64,000 bases of DNA from a virus. The stretch is from the IMG/VR virus record IMGVR_UViG_3300028027_000059, positions 1 to 64,000 of that record. The stretch is one strand, 5' to 3'. A program made the position numbers and the translations under genes. Of the stretch, positions 8,902 to 18,220 are shown one piece after another. The notes beneath the pieces were generated by a model. It searched no databases, was not told the DNA's origin, and saw only the letters and a list, made by a program, of their open reading frames with translations. Numbering within the stretch: position 1 is the stretch's first letter; the number at the start of each line of letters is the position of its first letter.

Positions 8902-9969
8902 TTAGGCCTCCTCTTTACTCCAAAATGGTTTTTCGTATTTAGGTTTCATTAACTTCCAAATGATATGGTCATATGGTTTTCCATCCCACATTGCAAAGCA
9001 CACTGAACGATGTCCAGGCAATACATTACCTTTTTCTAGGTGTAATGCAAAGTCCTTTTTAGTTGGTTCAGGATCTACATCATTGTATTTACCATATCTA
9101 AAGTAATCATGTATTTTACCACAGTACTCTCTAATACTGTATTTACCATACTCAAATGATCTAATTTGGTCTCTAACCCACTTATCGAATTCATCTGGTA
9201 CTCGTTCTAAGAATGGTTCTAAATCGTCTCCATTCATCATCAATTCCCAAATGTCTTTAGATGAGAAATTAGTTAGTATTCTATGTAAACGAACATATTC
9301 TTCACCTTTGATTTTCATTCTCATACCTGATCTAAATCGAATAACATATCCTTCTTGGTTAGGATCGATCATTTGCTTCAACGCTTTATAATCGTTTATA
9401 CCATCATATCGTTTTACAACTTCAAATCCTTCACTAACCATATTATCAATACTACCTTCATTACCTGTTTCGTTATTATAAACCCCAATTACAATTAGTT
9501 TTTCAACCCCACCATAATCAACTACAATTCTATTTTCAGGATAAATAATTTCAAATAAGTAAGTATAACCAGGTATCATTCCATATTCAGTATTTTCCTT
9601 ATCTAATAGTTGTTTACCTTTAATAGCTTGTTCTGATGTGAATGATCCTTTGGAGGCGAAATGCCATTCTCCATTATAATGAAAAGCAATACCTAATGAT
9701 CCATCTAACTTTTCAGTTACAGTAAATGGTTCGTTTGGAATTGAATCCAATTCTTCCATATTGAAGAACTTAGGAAACGCCTTTGCTACAACGTTACCTT
9801 TATCATCTAAGATCAAACCACGACAAGTCATAGTAACATTATCCCATTTACCTTCGTATTGACAAGTACGAGAGTAATTGTATATTGATAAAGGTAAAGA
9901 TGGGTGGTCTTGTTTAATCACCAATCCATCCTCTATGTATTTATTTAATATATTTAAACTATATTTCAT
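8902..9969 (-). CDS. ATP-dependent RNA ligase (T4 Rnl1-like nucleotidyltransferase)
   Basis: Motif I TEKLDGSL (KxDGSL). Motif IV NQEGYVIRF. Motif V MRMKIKGEEY. Confidence 0.7.
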   Translation of the reverse strand: MKYSLNILNKYIEDGLVIKQDHPSLPLSIYNYSRTCQYEGKWDNVTMTCRGLILDDKGNVVAKAFPKFFNMEELDSIPNEPFTVTEKLDGSLGIAFHYNGEWHFASKGSFTSEQAIKGKQLLDKENTEYGMIPGYTYLFEIIYPENRIVVDYGGVEKLIVIGVYNNETGNEGSIDNMVSEGFEVVKRYDGINDYKALKQMIDPNQEGYVIRFRSGMRMKIKGEEYVRLHRILTNFSSKDIWELMMNGDDLEPFLERVPDEFDKWVRDQIRSFEYGKYSIREYCGKIHDYFRYGKYNDVDPEPTKKDFALHLEKGNVLPGHRSVCFAMWDGKPYDHIIWKLMKPKYEKPFWSKEEA

Positions 9970-10567
9970 CTAAACTATCTGGGTAATATAATAATGTTGG
10001 GTTTTTCTTTTGAATATCGATGTGTGGAAATAAATCACTAAATTCTTTAACATCAAAGCGTTTAGTAATCAGATGAAATCCATTCTTTGTTGGAATTATA
10101 GTTTCAACTTTATTATCAATTTCAGGTCTACATACGCCAATTGCTGTTATTATACTTAATAATTTTGAACCATCTTTAGTATCAACATCTACAATCCATC
10201 TTTTCTCATGTGTTTTAAGTTGACCTACAACCGAATCAAATAAACCTTGTTGTTCGTGTTGTCCGTCTCTTATTTTTTGAGCTAACGCTACCATCATTTC
10301 CAATGATACGTCTTTATGGTTTTGTTTTTGAACATGAATATAAGCTCTTGCCTTAAACACCTCACACAGCATCATTATTTCATCATATCGCTTTTCTAAT
10401 TGCTCAATCGATTTGATACAGTATGATCTTATTGTTCTTACTGATTGGTGATTGTCCTTCTCGCTTTCAGGTTGATCCTTCTTACGTTTGAAAACGTATA
10501 ACATATAGAAATCACCTTCATTTTCGAAGTTAAGTAATGGTTTAATATGTTCTATGTTGTTTATCAT
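9959..10567 (-). CDS. hypothetical protein
   Basis: 202-aa ORF inside the RNA-repair gene block. Confidence 0.4.
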   Translation of the reverse strand: MINNIEHIKPLLNFENEGDFYMLYVFKRKKDQPESEKDNHQSVRTIRSYCIKSIEQLEKRYDEIMMLCEVFKARAYIHVQKQNHKDVSLEMMVALAQKIRDGQHEQQGLFDSVVGQLKTHEKRWIVDVDTKDGSKLLSIITAIGVCRPEIDNKVETIIPTKNGFHLITKRFDVKEFSDLFPHIDIQKKNPTLLYYPDSLDEI

Positions 10568-10974
10568 AACTTAATTTTATCTAATCTAATAACTGAACCT
10601 TGCCCATGCATTAACTGAATAACATATGAGCCTAAATAGTAAGCCATAGAAGTAAACATGTTCCAGTATTTTTCATCTCTACATTTTTCACCGTACTTTT
10701 CAGCATATAATAATAATATCCAAAGTAATGGCTCTCTAGGTTCACAACCTCGTTTATATTCTCTACTTACGTACTCATCAGAATAATATTTATTCATTAA
10801 TTTTTCAGTTAATAAGTCTATATTATCACCATAATGCGTTTTAATTTTTTCAACCCATCTGTTATCAACTTCATTTTTAACATTCATTCTTTCAATGAAT
10901 GCTTTCATATGAGCTTTACCCTTATCTGATTTAAGATAATCATCTAGTTCTTGTTTGAATGTTGATCTTGTCAT
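10564..10974 (-). CDS. hypothetical protein
   Basis: 136-aa ORF. Confidence 0.4.
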   Translation of the reverse strand: MTRSTFKQELDDYLKSDKGKAHMKAFIERMNVKNEVDNRWVEKIKTHYGDNIDLLTEKLMNKYYSDEYVSREYKRGCEPREPLLWILLLYAEKYGEKCRDEKYWNMFTSMAYYLGSYVIQLMHGQGSVIRLDKIKL

Positions 10975-10984
10975 AATTTAATAT

Positions 10985-11173
10985 TTAATCTTCTTCATCA
11001 ATCATCCACTCAGCATCGCATGGTGAACTTTTATCATTGTCAAATAAATCTTTACAATCATCACAGAAATGTTGAGAAGCGTATGCCCAAGCTTCTTCAC
11101 AGGAATCAAATCCACCCTTAGAGGGGTCATTCCTATCCGATGCAGGCATATAAATTGCTTCCCACTTTTTCAT
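10985..11173 (-). CDS. small Cys/Asp-rich protein
   Basis: 62 aa with CEEAWAY...CDDCKD...CDAEW. Confidence 0.3.
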   Translation of the reverse strand: MKKWEAIYMPASDRNDPSKGGFDSCEEAWAYASQHFCDDCKDLFDNDKSSPCDAEWMIDEED

Positions 11174-11174
11174 A

Positions 11175-11585
11175 TTATAATTTAATTTGAAATCTGTTTT
11201 TCATTTGTTCTAACTTCTCATCAGGCACATTGTGTACTGATTTATTTCCATGTCTATTTTCTACTATTAATGATATTACTTTATAATCATATTTGTTAGC
11301 TAAATCAATATATGGTTGTAGTTCCTTTTCAGTAGTAGATGTATTTGATACTACAATTTCAGGATAATATTGAGGGTTTTCTTCATGAGTTTTCATAGCT
11401 TGCTCTACTCTCGATTGACAGTCTTTATGTGCTGCTCCTAATTTAGTAGCATCAAAGTTATAATTACCTTCATTATCGTAGAAATATTGGTCAGCTTCAA
11501 ATATAACTCCACTTTGCCAAATGAAATTAGCAAATGTACTTTTACCTGCTCCAGGTAATCCTCTTAATAATATTAATTGTTTCAT
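11175..11585 (-). CDS. P-loop kinase, polynucleotide kinase-like
   Basis: N-terminus MKQLILLRGLPGAGKSTFANFI parallels the T4 Pnk kinase domain (Walker A GxxGxGKST). Confidence 0.55.
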   Translation of the reverse strand: MKQLILLRGLPGAGKSTFANFIWQSGVIFEADQYFYDNEGNYNFDATKLGAAHKDCQSRVEQAMKTHEENPQYYPEIVVSNTSTTEKELQPYIDLANKYDYKVISLIVENRHGNKSVHNVPDEKLEQMKNRFQIKL

Positions 11586-11588
11586 AAC

Positions 11589-11996
11589 TTATACTGTATG
11601 TTGAATTTGTACCCTAACACAATTTTGTGGTAATCGGCTTACGTGTCTATAATTGTTAATATAACCCATTATATTTGCCGAGCCAATAGCGTTTGCTGAG
11701 TGAGTGTAAACATCAAATATTGCTTCACCTTCTATCCATCTATCAACTAACCACTTAGCACAATCGTATCCTGTTTTTTCAGTGATATTGTTGTAGTCTA
11801 ATTGGTAATTTTTATAGACGTTTGTACGCCATTCTTTCATAGCACTATCACCTAAATCATGATCTAGAGATACTAATTCAATATTATTGAATCCAATTTT
11901 TTCAATTGTACTAACAAATTCGTCATAGTTTCTAACTATAACCCACCCTTCATCAATTGGGGTTCTAACATCGTCTAAGTATATTCTTTGTTTCAT
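11589..11996 (-). CDS. DHDLG-motif domain protein (possible receiver-like, cyclic-phosphate-processing domain)
   Basis: RIYLDDVRTP...VSLDHDLGD...TGYDCAKWL...HSANAIG. Lies between the kinase and the phosphoesterase. Confidence 0.35.
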   Translation of the reverse strand: MKQRIYLDDVRTPIDEGWVIVRNYDEFVSTIEKIGFNNIELVSLDHDLGDSAMKEWRTNVYKNYQLDYNNITEKTGYDCAKWLVDRWIEGEAIFDVYTHSANAIGSANIMGYINNYRHVSRLPQNCVRVQIQHTV

Positions 11997-12679
11997 TATT
12001 GTTCGTTTTTTAATCGTTCTTCGTGATGGTCGGAAGGTAATTTATTTGATTGGACAGGCCTACCTTTTAATGTTCTAATAATTTCAGTTGCGTTATAAGG
12101 CATCATGTTATTACCATCCATACCTACATCCATACTTCTACCATCCATTAATTTTTGGACTGGGGGTAAGTGAACGTGTCCAAATAAGTGAAATACACCT
12201 TTATTCATATCATGCCAACTACATAATGGGTAATGATCAATAATAAAATTATATTGTCCACCTATAAGTGCGCCGTGTGATGGATACTTTACGTGTAACC
12301 AAGTATATTGAAATGTTTGAGTGAATAGACTTTGAATATCGTTTTTATTCTTTTCAATATGATGATCATGATTACCATAAGCCAAATATATGTTTTGACA
12401 TATAATTCTGTCTCTAAATTCCTTAATAGAATCAAATCCACCAAATGACCAATCGCCTAAGTGAATTAAGATATCATCTTGACCTACTACACTATTAATG
12501 TTATTAACAATAGTATCGTTCATATGACCTAAATCCTTAAAGTCTCTAGTTTGATCAACAGGTATTTTATCGTCTGCTGTTCTCCAATCAGTAACTCCTC
12601 TACAAATATTTTTATGGTTGTAGTGAGTGTCAGATGTGAAGAATAGTTTTTGACCCCATTTTAATTCTATCTTTAACAT
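11996..12679 (-). CDS. calcineurin-like metallophosphoesterase
   Basis: Motifs SDTHYNH, LGDWSFGG, GNHDHH and GHVH. Confidence 0.7.
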   Translation of the reverse strand: MLKIELKWGQKLFFTSDTHYNHKNICRGVTDWRTADDKIPVDQTRDFKDLGHMNDTIVNNINSVVGQDDILIHLGDWSFGGFDSIKEFRDRIICQNIYLAYGNHDHHIEKNKNDIQSLFTQTFQYTWLHVKYPSHGALIGGQYNFIIDHYPLCSWHDMNKGVFHLFGHVHLPPVQKLMDGRSMDVGMDGNNMMPYNATEIIRTLKGRPVQSNKLPSDHHEERLKNEQ

Positions 12680-12682
12680 AAC

Positions 12683-12883
12683 TTAATTTATATATTCAGT
12701 TAATAATTCTTTAGCGCCTACAACATATTGTAATGCTCTTAATTTACATTCATCTTTAAACGGTTTACCGTTTTTAATATTCATATCCCATTGAGGTTCA
12801 CCTCCATTAGCCAACCCAGTAAAGAATCCATCTTCACTGAATATAACGAATTCATGTACTTTGGGTTCTTTTACTTTTTTCAT
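12683..12883 (-). CDS. hypothetical protein
   Basis: 66 aa. The promoter-like motif abuts its ATG. Confidence 0.4.
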   Translation of the reverse strand: MKKVKEPKVHEFVIFSEDGFFTGLANGGEPQWDMNIKNGKPFKDECKLRALQYVVGAKELLTEYIN

Positions 12884-12945
12884 GACGTGAATATAAGAAG
12901 GGGACTCTGACGAGCCCCCTAACTTATTATCATATATAAATAGCT

Positions 12946-13890
12946 CTATTGAATATTCTTAAACATTTGAGGTACAGTACCATATACAGGTAATTTACCA
13001 TCCCACTTATTAATATACTCTAACTGTAATAACAATGGTGTTAATGTTTGTTGTTTCATTCTATTTGATTCAGCTTCAGCCTTAGCGCTTGTTAACATCG
13101 CTTGAGCGTTACCTTCAGCCGTTGCTACTTTAATTTTAGCTTGTGCTTCAGCCGTTTTAACTTCATTTTCAGCTCGTAATGCTGCTTGTACAGCGTTATT
13201 CTTAGCTTCGATTGATTTCTTAAACGTTTCAGGATATACTAAGTTGGATGTGAATTGGTTAATTACGAATCCTTCTTTTAATAAGGTAACATCTAGTAAT
13301 CTTCTAACTTCAACTTCAAATACTGCTCTATTACTAATTAATTCATCAGCTGTATATTTGTTAGTTGCTAATCTAAATGCATCATATACCGCTGTCTTTA
13401 AGAATCCTTCTTCAATATCTTCTAGTGGTCTACGATATTTAGAGAAGATTGAAGGTACTTTTTCACGTTGTACTGAGTAGTTCATAATTGGAGATACTGC
13501 AAATTCAGATCCATCCTTACTATTTACAATAAATGAATTATCACCTACATATTCCTTGTGTTGGATAAATGTTGGAAACTCATATACTTTAGTAGTGATT
13601 GGATTGTAGAATACCATACCAGTAACTGCTACTACATCGTCTACACCTTTGTTATCACCATATTGATTTACTTTAACACCAACATGTCCAGCGTCAATAC
13701 GCTCACACGACATAAATAAGAATATTAAAGCGAAGAAACCTAATACACCTGCTGTAATTAACTTTGTCATTTTTTGTTTTATTATTTGTTGTTTTTGATT
13801 AAATTCTTGTTCTAGTTGATCAATTTCTTCATTACTTCTACGTCTACCGTAGTTGTCATACTGATAATCATACCTTCTAAATGTAGCCAT
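12946..13890 (-). CDS. SPFH/band-7 (prohibitin/HflC-like) membrane protein
   Basis: N-terminal TM helix, SPFH core, and a C-terminal Ala/Glu/Lys-rich coiled coil. Confidence 0.7.
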   Translation of the reverse strand: MATFRRYDYQYDNYGRRRSNEEIDQLEQEFNQKQQIIKQKMTKLITAGVLGFFALIFLFMSCERIDAGHVGVKVNQYGDNKGVDDVVAVTGMVFYNPITTKVYEFPTFIQHKEYVGDNSFIVNSKDGSEFAVSPIMNYSVQREKVPSIFSKYRRPLEDIEEGFLKTAVYDAFRLATNKYTADELISNRAVFEVEVRRLLDVTLLKEGFVINQFTSNLVYPETFKKSIEAKNNAVQAALRAENEVKTAEAQAKIKVATAEGNAQAMLTSAKAEAESNRMKQQTLTPLLLQLEYINKWDGKLPVYGTVPQMFKNIQ

Positions 13891-13891
13891 A

Positions 13892-14170
13892 CTATTTTGT
13901 TTTTTTAGTTTTTACTTGTTTCATCTTTTTATCAAGGTCCGCTTTCCACTTTGCCTCAAGTGCTTTTTCTTCCTCTGATTTAGTAAAGTATTTTTCCTTT
14001 ACATAATTAAGATCAAATAAGAACACAGCAATAAACCCTAACACAGTTAACATATTAATAAATGTACTTGCTGCTGTTAATCCTGGAAATATGATCAAAT
14101 CAAATGCAGCAATGTTGCCTAATAGCATTAAGATGGGTTCCCATCGTTTATCATTGAATAATTTTTTCAT
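13892..14170 (-). CDS. small membrane protein (possible NfeD-like partner of the SPFH protein)
   Basis: 92 aa with two TM helices. Directly downstream of the SPFH gene. Confidence 0.35.
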   Translation of the reverse strand: MKKLFNDKRWEPILMLLGNIAAFDLIIFPGLTAASTFINMLTVLGFIAVFLFDLNYVKEKYFTKSEEEKALEAKWKADLDKKMKQVKTKKTK

Positions 14171-14189
14171 AACCTATTTATTTTTTATT

Positions 14190-14447
14190 TTATTTATTTA
14201 CTTGCCAAATATGCCATACAAATGGACCATCAAATAATGAATCAATGTAGGTATGGGTCAGATAATCAAATTCAAAACTATGACCTGTACCAATTATTTC
14301 AAAATTACTTTCATATGTTTCTTTCTCATTTTGATCTACTAATACCCATATTTGCATAGTACCATTTTGCATTCCAACTTTTAAAACTTGTGAATCAATT
14401 GGTAATGTAACTTTTTTTGCTAATTCATATTTGTAAATCACTTTCAT
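14190..14447 (-). CDS. hypothetical protein
   Basis: 85-aa ORF. Confidence 0.35.
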   Translation of the reverse strand: MKVIYKYELAKKVTLPIDSQVLKVGMQNGTMQIWVLVDQNEKETYESNFEIIGTGHSFEFDYLTHTYIDSLFDGPFVWHIWQVNK

Positions 14448-14456
14448 AACCTATTT

Positions 14457-15245
14457 TTATTTATTATTTAATATCCCTAAATGTACGTCTCCATCTTTGA
14501 CAACCAAATATTGATTTTGTCCATATTCAAGTGTGTCAATGAAATAATATCTACCACCTGTAGCTTTGCCTTCAATATCAATTTGATCTTGAGGTGTATG
14601 TCCTACTACTTGTCTAATGAAATTTTTAAGTGTTTCTTTATTAGTAAGTTTACCATCTTGAGTTGACTTATTAGCAGCCATTAACGCTTTAGGTCTAATC
14701 CAAATTGGACCTTGAAACGTTTCCTCACCATAACCTCTAGCTCCAATCCACTCAGTTTCACTTATCATTTTAAATGAACGATAAGCAATTAAGCCTGGTT
14801 GGTGTTTGAATAATTCATTAACCTTATCAACCATATTAGTTACATCCCAATCTCCAATCATATCATCTAACCATTCACTACTTAACCCAGCATGTGAACA
14901 TACGAAATCATCAAATTGATAAGCTACTTGTAAGTGTTTCTTATTCTCACCTAATAGGATTTTGAAAGTAGGAGCCATTACTGTTTGATAACCTGATGTT
15001 GATGTGTCATCAATTTCAGGTAAATAATGGTAATCATGATTACCTAATAACAATACTACTTCTTTATCAGTTGATTGTTTAAATTCAATGATGTCTAAGA
15101 AATTATCCATTTGCTTTACACCTGGAATTGTAAATGAATCAAAATAATCACCTACGAAGACAAATCTGTCTGCGTCTTGCTCTTGTTCAGTAATTTGTTT
15201 CCAGTAAGGACGGCCATGAATATCGCCTATTAATACGGTTTTCAT
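14457..15245 (-). CDS. PPP-family Ser/Thr (lambda-type) protein phosphatase or phosphoesterase
   Basis: Motifs GDIHG, GDYFD, GNHDY and GHT. Confidence 0.7.
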   Translation of the reverse strand: MKTVLIGDIHGRPYWKQITEQEQDADRFVFVGDYFDSFTIPGVKQMDNFLDIIEFKQSTDKEVVLLLGNHDYHYLPEIDDTSTSGYQTVMAPTFKILLGENKKHLQVAYQFDDFVCSHAGLSSEWLDDMIGDWDVTNMVDKVNELFKHQPGLIAYRSFKMISETEWIGARGYGEETFQGPIWIRPKALMAANKSTQDGKLTNKETLKNFIRQVVGHTPQDQIDIEGKATGGRYYFIDTLEYGQNQYLVVKDGDVHLGILNNK

Positions 15246-15272
15246 AACTTAAATTTATAACCTTAATTATGC

Positions 15273-15497
15273 CTACCAAAACTTATACCATGCTTTCTCA
15301 ACTATGGGTTTTGGTGTTGAGCGTTTTATTGTACGATTAAGTAACAATGATGCTGTTTGATACATCTTATACTTATCATCTTCACTAAGATCTTTTAAAC
15401 TAATCTGTATTATAACGGGAGCTGTCGAATCGCCAGCTTGCATTTCGGTGTTAATTACTATATATTCCTTTCCGTTATTTTTAGTTAGTTTTATCAT
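15273..15497 (-). CDS. hypothetical protein
   Basis: 74-aa ORF. Confidence 0.35.
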   Translation of the reverse strand: MIKLTKNNGKEYIVINTEMQAGDSTAPVIIQISLKDLSEDDKYKMYQTASLLLNRTIKRSTPKPIVEKAWYKFW

Positions 15498-15515
15498 AGC
15501 GGATATAAATATATG

Positions 15516-15785
15516 CTACTCGGTTTCGCTTAGTTTGTCTTCAAATTTTTTAGCAGCAACACTATCTTCTTCACTTAATAAACCTAAAGCAGTCTCATAT
15601 CTACCAACATTAGATTGATTAATAAATAATTCAGCTTGTAAACTATCTAAATTTGTATTTTGGTAGGTTTTAATTTCGCTTCGTAATTTAGCTAATTCCT
15701 TTTGTTGTAAGTAGTTAACTACCAACATAGTAAGAGCAAATCCCATACCTAGTTTGCCGTAATTCTTTTTAATAAATTCTATCAT
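15516..15785 (-). CDS. hypothetical membrane-anchored protein
   Basis: 89 aa with one TM helix. Confidence 0.35.
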   Translation of the reverse strand: MIEFIKKNYGKLGMGFALTMLVVNYLQQKELAKLRSEIKTYQNTNLDSLQAELFINQSNVGRYETALGLLSEEDSVAAKKFEDKLSETE

Positions 15786-15795
15786 AATTATAATT

Positions 15796-16161
15796 TTAAT
15801 CCCACCATTTTTCTATATTATTACTTAAATATTTAAATAATTCTTGTCTTGCTTTATTATGATCTTTTGTAGACTTATTCATTCCTTCAGTAGTCCACTC
15901 TGTAGTCTCTGATAGATACTTATCAAGATGATACTCAGTTTGCACCTTTTCTATCATATCAATTGCTTTTAAAATATCATCAGCATCTCGATTATTATAA
16001 AAATGAACACCGTCTCTACGAATATATTTTTCAGTATCAATTAATTTTTGTTTTAATATCTCGTAAACGAAATAATAATCCCAATCACGATCTCTCCATA
16101 TAATTGGAATCCAACGTATTAATTTACGTAGTTGTTTTATTTTTTGTTTAATTCTATACAT
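15796..16161 (-). CDS. hypothetical protein
   Basis: 121-aa ORF. Confidence 0.4.
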   Translation of the reverse strand: MYRIKQKIKQLRKLIRWIPIIWRDRDWDYYFVYEILKQKLIDTEKYIRRDGVHFYNNRDADDILKAIDMIEKVQTEYHLDKYLSETTEWTTEGMNKSTKDHNKARQELFKYLSNNIEKWWD

Positions 16162-16175
16162 AACATTAATTTAGA

Positions 16176-16195
16176 GTAGAAAGTTGGCCTATCCA
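16176..16195 (-). terminator. perfect hairpin
   Basis: ggcctatc-caaa-gataggcc. Confidence 0.45.
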
Positions 16196-16212
16196 AAGAT
16201 AGGCCTTAACTT

Positions 16213-16386
16213 ATTACTTTACAGCTTCAACTTCTGTTGTAGGAGTTGCTGTACCTGCTGCAGTTGAATCAGTTGCTACTACTGTTGAATCTACTGCTAC
16301 TGCAGTTGAATCAGTCTTTACTTCAGTTGAAGCACCACCACAAGCTGTCAATGTAGCCACTGCTACGATTGCGATTACTTTTTTCA
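16213..16386 (-). CDS. small lipoprotein (57 aa)
   Basis: MKKVIAIVAVATLTACGG has a lipobox. Hand-translated because it falls below the 60-aa cutoff of the ORF track. Confidence 0.4.
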
Positions 16387-16445
16387 TAATGTAATTTTTG
16401 TTTTATTATAATTAAATATACAACCTAATTCTGCCATCTCCAATC

Positions 16446-17831
16446 TTAGAACATTGTTCTTGCTCCAATCATGAAGAAGTTTAATATAGGTGAACCAGGC
16501 GCCGTTGATGCATTTAATTTCCAATCAATAGCAAATGCGAATCGTTTTGATAATTGATAGGAATAACCAACACCAACTAACCCAGCTATGTTATAGTTCC
16601 AGGAGCCTCCGGTTTCCGTATTGTACGCATACGGGGAACCCATGATGAAGACCCCTGGGGATACCGTTGATTTCTTATTCAACGGATAAGGTTTGGTCCA
16701 GAAGCCTGTAGTCGACGATGCGAACTGATATGAATAGCTATCTGCACCTTTAAGTTTAATATTAATAATTGATAAGTTATAGCCTAATACACCATACTTA
16801 GGATGTGGTCTAACATAAGTGTAACCACCAAATGTCATTGGAATACCATTCATCCAAGCGAATGTATATGAATATGCTTTAATTGCTTTTAAACCACCTT
16901 TCTTATCAAACACCATGTTACTAGTGTTACCTGATAATGCAAATGATTTTAAATCAGCATAGATCATACTCGATAAACCCCAACTCGCGTCGCCTGCAGC
17001 TGAAGATGAAGACATACCTAATGAAATAATAGGTGTAAATCCGCCTGTTGGGTTTTGAGCTGTAGTTAGATCTGAATTAACTAAGATTGGGTTTAATCGT
17101 AGTTGTTTCTTTTCATCTTTCTTCTTATCCTCTTTTTTTTCTTCCTTTTTATCTTCTTTTTTTTCCTCTTTAGATTCAGATTTAGATTCTTCTTTCGATT
17201 CCGATTTGCTTTCTGACTTGCTCTCTGAACTGCTCTCGCTTTTTGTTTCGCTGCTTGATCCTGAACTCTCCGTGCTTGAGCTTGATGAAGAGGATTCCCC
17301 AGAAGACGATGAAGATTGGGAAGATGAGGAAGAGGACGATGAAGTTGATTGGGTAGATGAAGAAGCGGTTCCACTCGAAGCGGTTGATGCGCTCGATGAA
17401 GCAGCGCTTGAAGCACTTGATGATGCTGATGACGATGCTGAGGAAGCTGCTGTACTTGCAGCTGAAGACGCTGCGGATGAAGCTGCGCTTGCTGCTGACG
17501 ATGCTGCTGCTGATGCTGCTGTTGAGGCGGCTTGTGATACAGTTGCAGTTATTGTTTGTTGTACCGCTGTGTTTGTAGGACATGGCGTTGCGAATATTTC
17601 ACTGATCCATTTAGTTACTGTACCTGAAGCAAAATCAGCATATGTAAATGTTCTAGATTTGTTTCTGATAAGTACAACTACACCAGGTTGGTTTGATGCT
17701 ATAGGAACTAATACTGTGTATGTTTTGGAATCACAGGGATCAATGTAGGTTTGAGTAATAAATTGACCATTCGCTTTATTAGCGAAGGCAAACGAAACTA
17801 ATATTAATAGACTTAATATCCATTTTTTCAT
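16446..17831 (-). CDS. secreted protein with a long disordered Ser/Ala- and Lys/Glu-rich linker and a C-terminal outer-membrane beta-barrel-like domain
   Basis: Signal peptide. About 150 aa of (A/S)n then (ESK)n and KE-rich sequence. The last ~220 aa show alternating amphipathic strands and end ...GARTMF with a terminal Phe. Confidence 0.5.
   Translation of the reverse strand: MKKWILSLLILVSFAFANKANGQFITQTYIDPCDSKTYTVLVPIASNQPGVVVLIRNKSRTFTYADFASGTVTKWISEIFATPCPTNTAVQQTITATVSQAASTAASAAASSAASAASSAASSAASTAASSASSSASSSASSAASSSASTASSGTASSSTQSTSSSSSSSSQSSSSSGESSSSSSSTESSGSSSETKSESSSESKSESKSESKEESKSESKEEKKEDKKEEKKEDKKKDEKKQLRLNPILVNSDLTTAQNPTGGFTPIISLGMSSSSAAGDASWGLSSMIYADLKSFALSGNTSNMVFDKKGGLKAIKAYSYTFAWMNGIPMTFGGYTYVRPHPKYGVLGYNLSIINIKLKGADSYSYQFASSTTGFWTKPYPLNKKSTVSPGVFIMGSPYAYNTETGGSWNYNIAGLVGVGYSYQLSKRFAFAIDWKLNASTAPGSPILNFFMIGARTMF
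17093..17583. repeat. coding low-complexity tandem codon repeats
   Basis: gct/gca/tca/tct-rich on the coding strand, followed by gaa/aag repeats. Both strands give long spurious ORFs here. Confidence 0.6.
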
Positions 17832-18112
17832 TATCTTTTTCTAGATGGACGAGGAGGTAATTGTCTTTGTGGAACGAAACGATGAGTTGGTCTTTGAGGT
17901 ATCCAACGTTGTGGTTGGTATCTAGGTACACCCCATCTTTGAATTATAATTGGATTATAATAAGGAATTGGATTATAAAATAAAGGTGTATACTGGTAAT
18001 CGTATATTATTCTTTGTTTTTTAACTACTGAATCTTTAGGATCTACATACACATATTGTAACGGGGTACATCCTGCTAGAGCAAGAAACAGTATTAATAA
18101 TAAGAATCTCAT
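17831..18112 (-). CDS. Pro/Gln/Arg-rich lipoprotein
   Basis: MRFLLLILFLALAGCTP has a lipobox. Confidence 0.45.
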   Translation of the reverse strand: MRFLLLILFLALAGCTPLQYVYVDPKDSVVKKQRIIYDYQYTPLFYNPIPYYNPIIIQRWGVPRYQPQRWIPQRPTHRFVPQRQLPPRPSRKR

Positions 18113-18220
18113 GTTACTTTAATTTACTTAATATAACTTGATTAGCCTTAACTAATTCAAATTTTTTAACTCCAGAGCGTCTGCTACGCATTGAACGTGG
18201 CTTTGATTTTTTATTTGCCA

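Noticed and set aside
17093-17748. Four long ORFs (17093..17416 -, 17182..17583 -, 17206..17748 +, 17357..17578 +) overlapping the OMP-like gene
   Set aside because: They sit entirely within the codon-repeat tract. Their products are low-complexity K/R- or D/E/A/L-rich strings with no start context. They are artefacts of the repetitive DNA.
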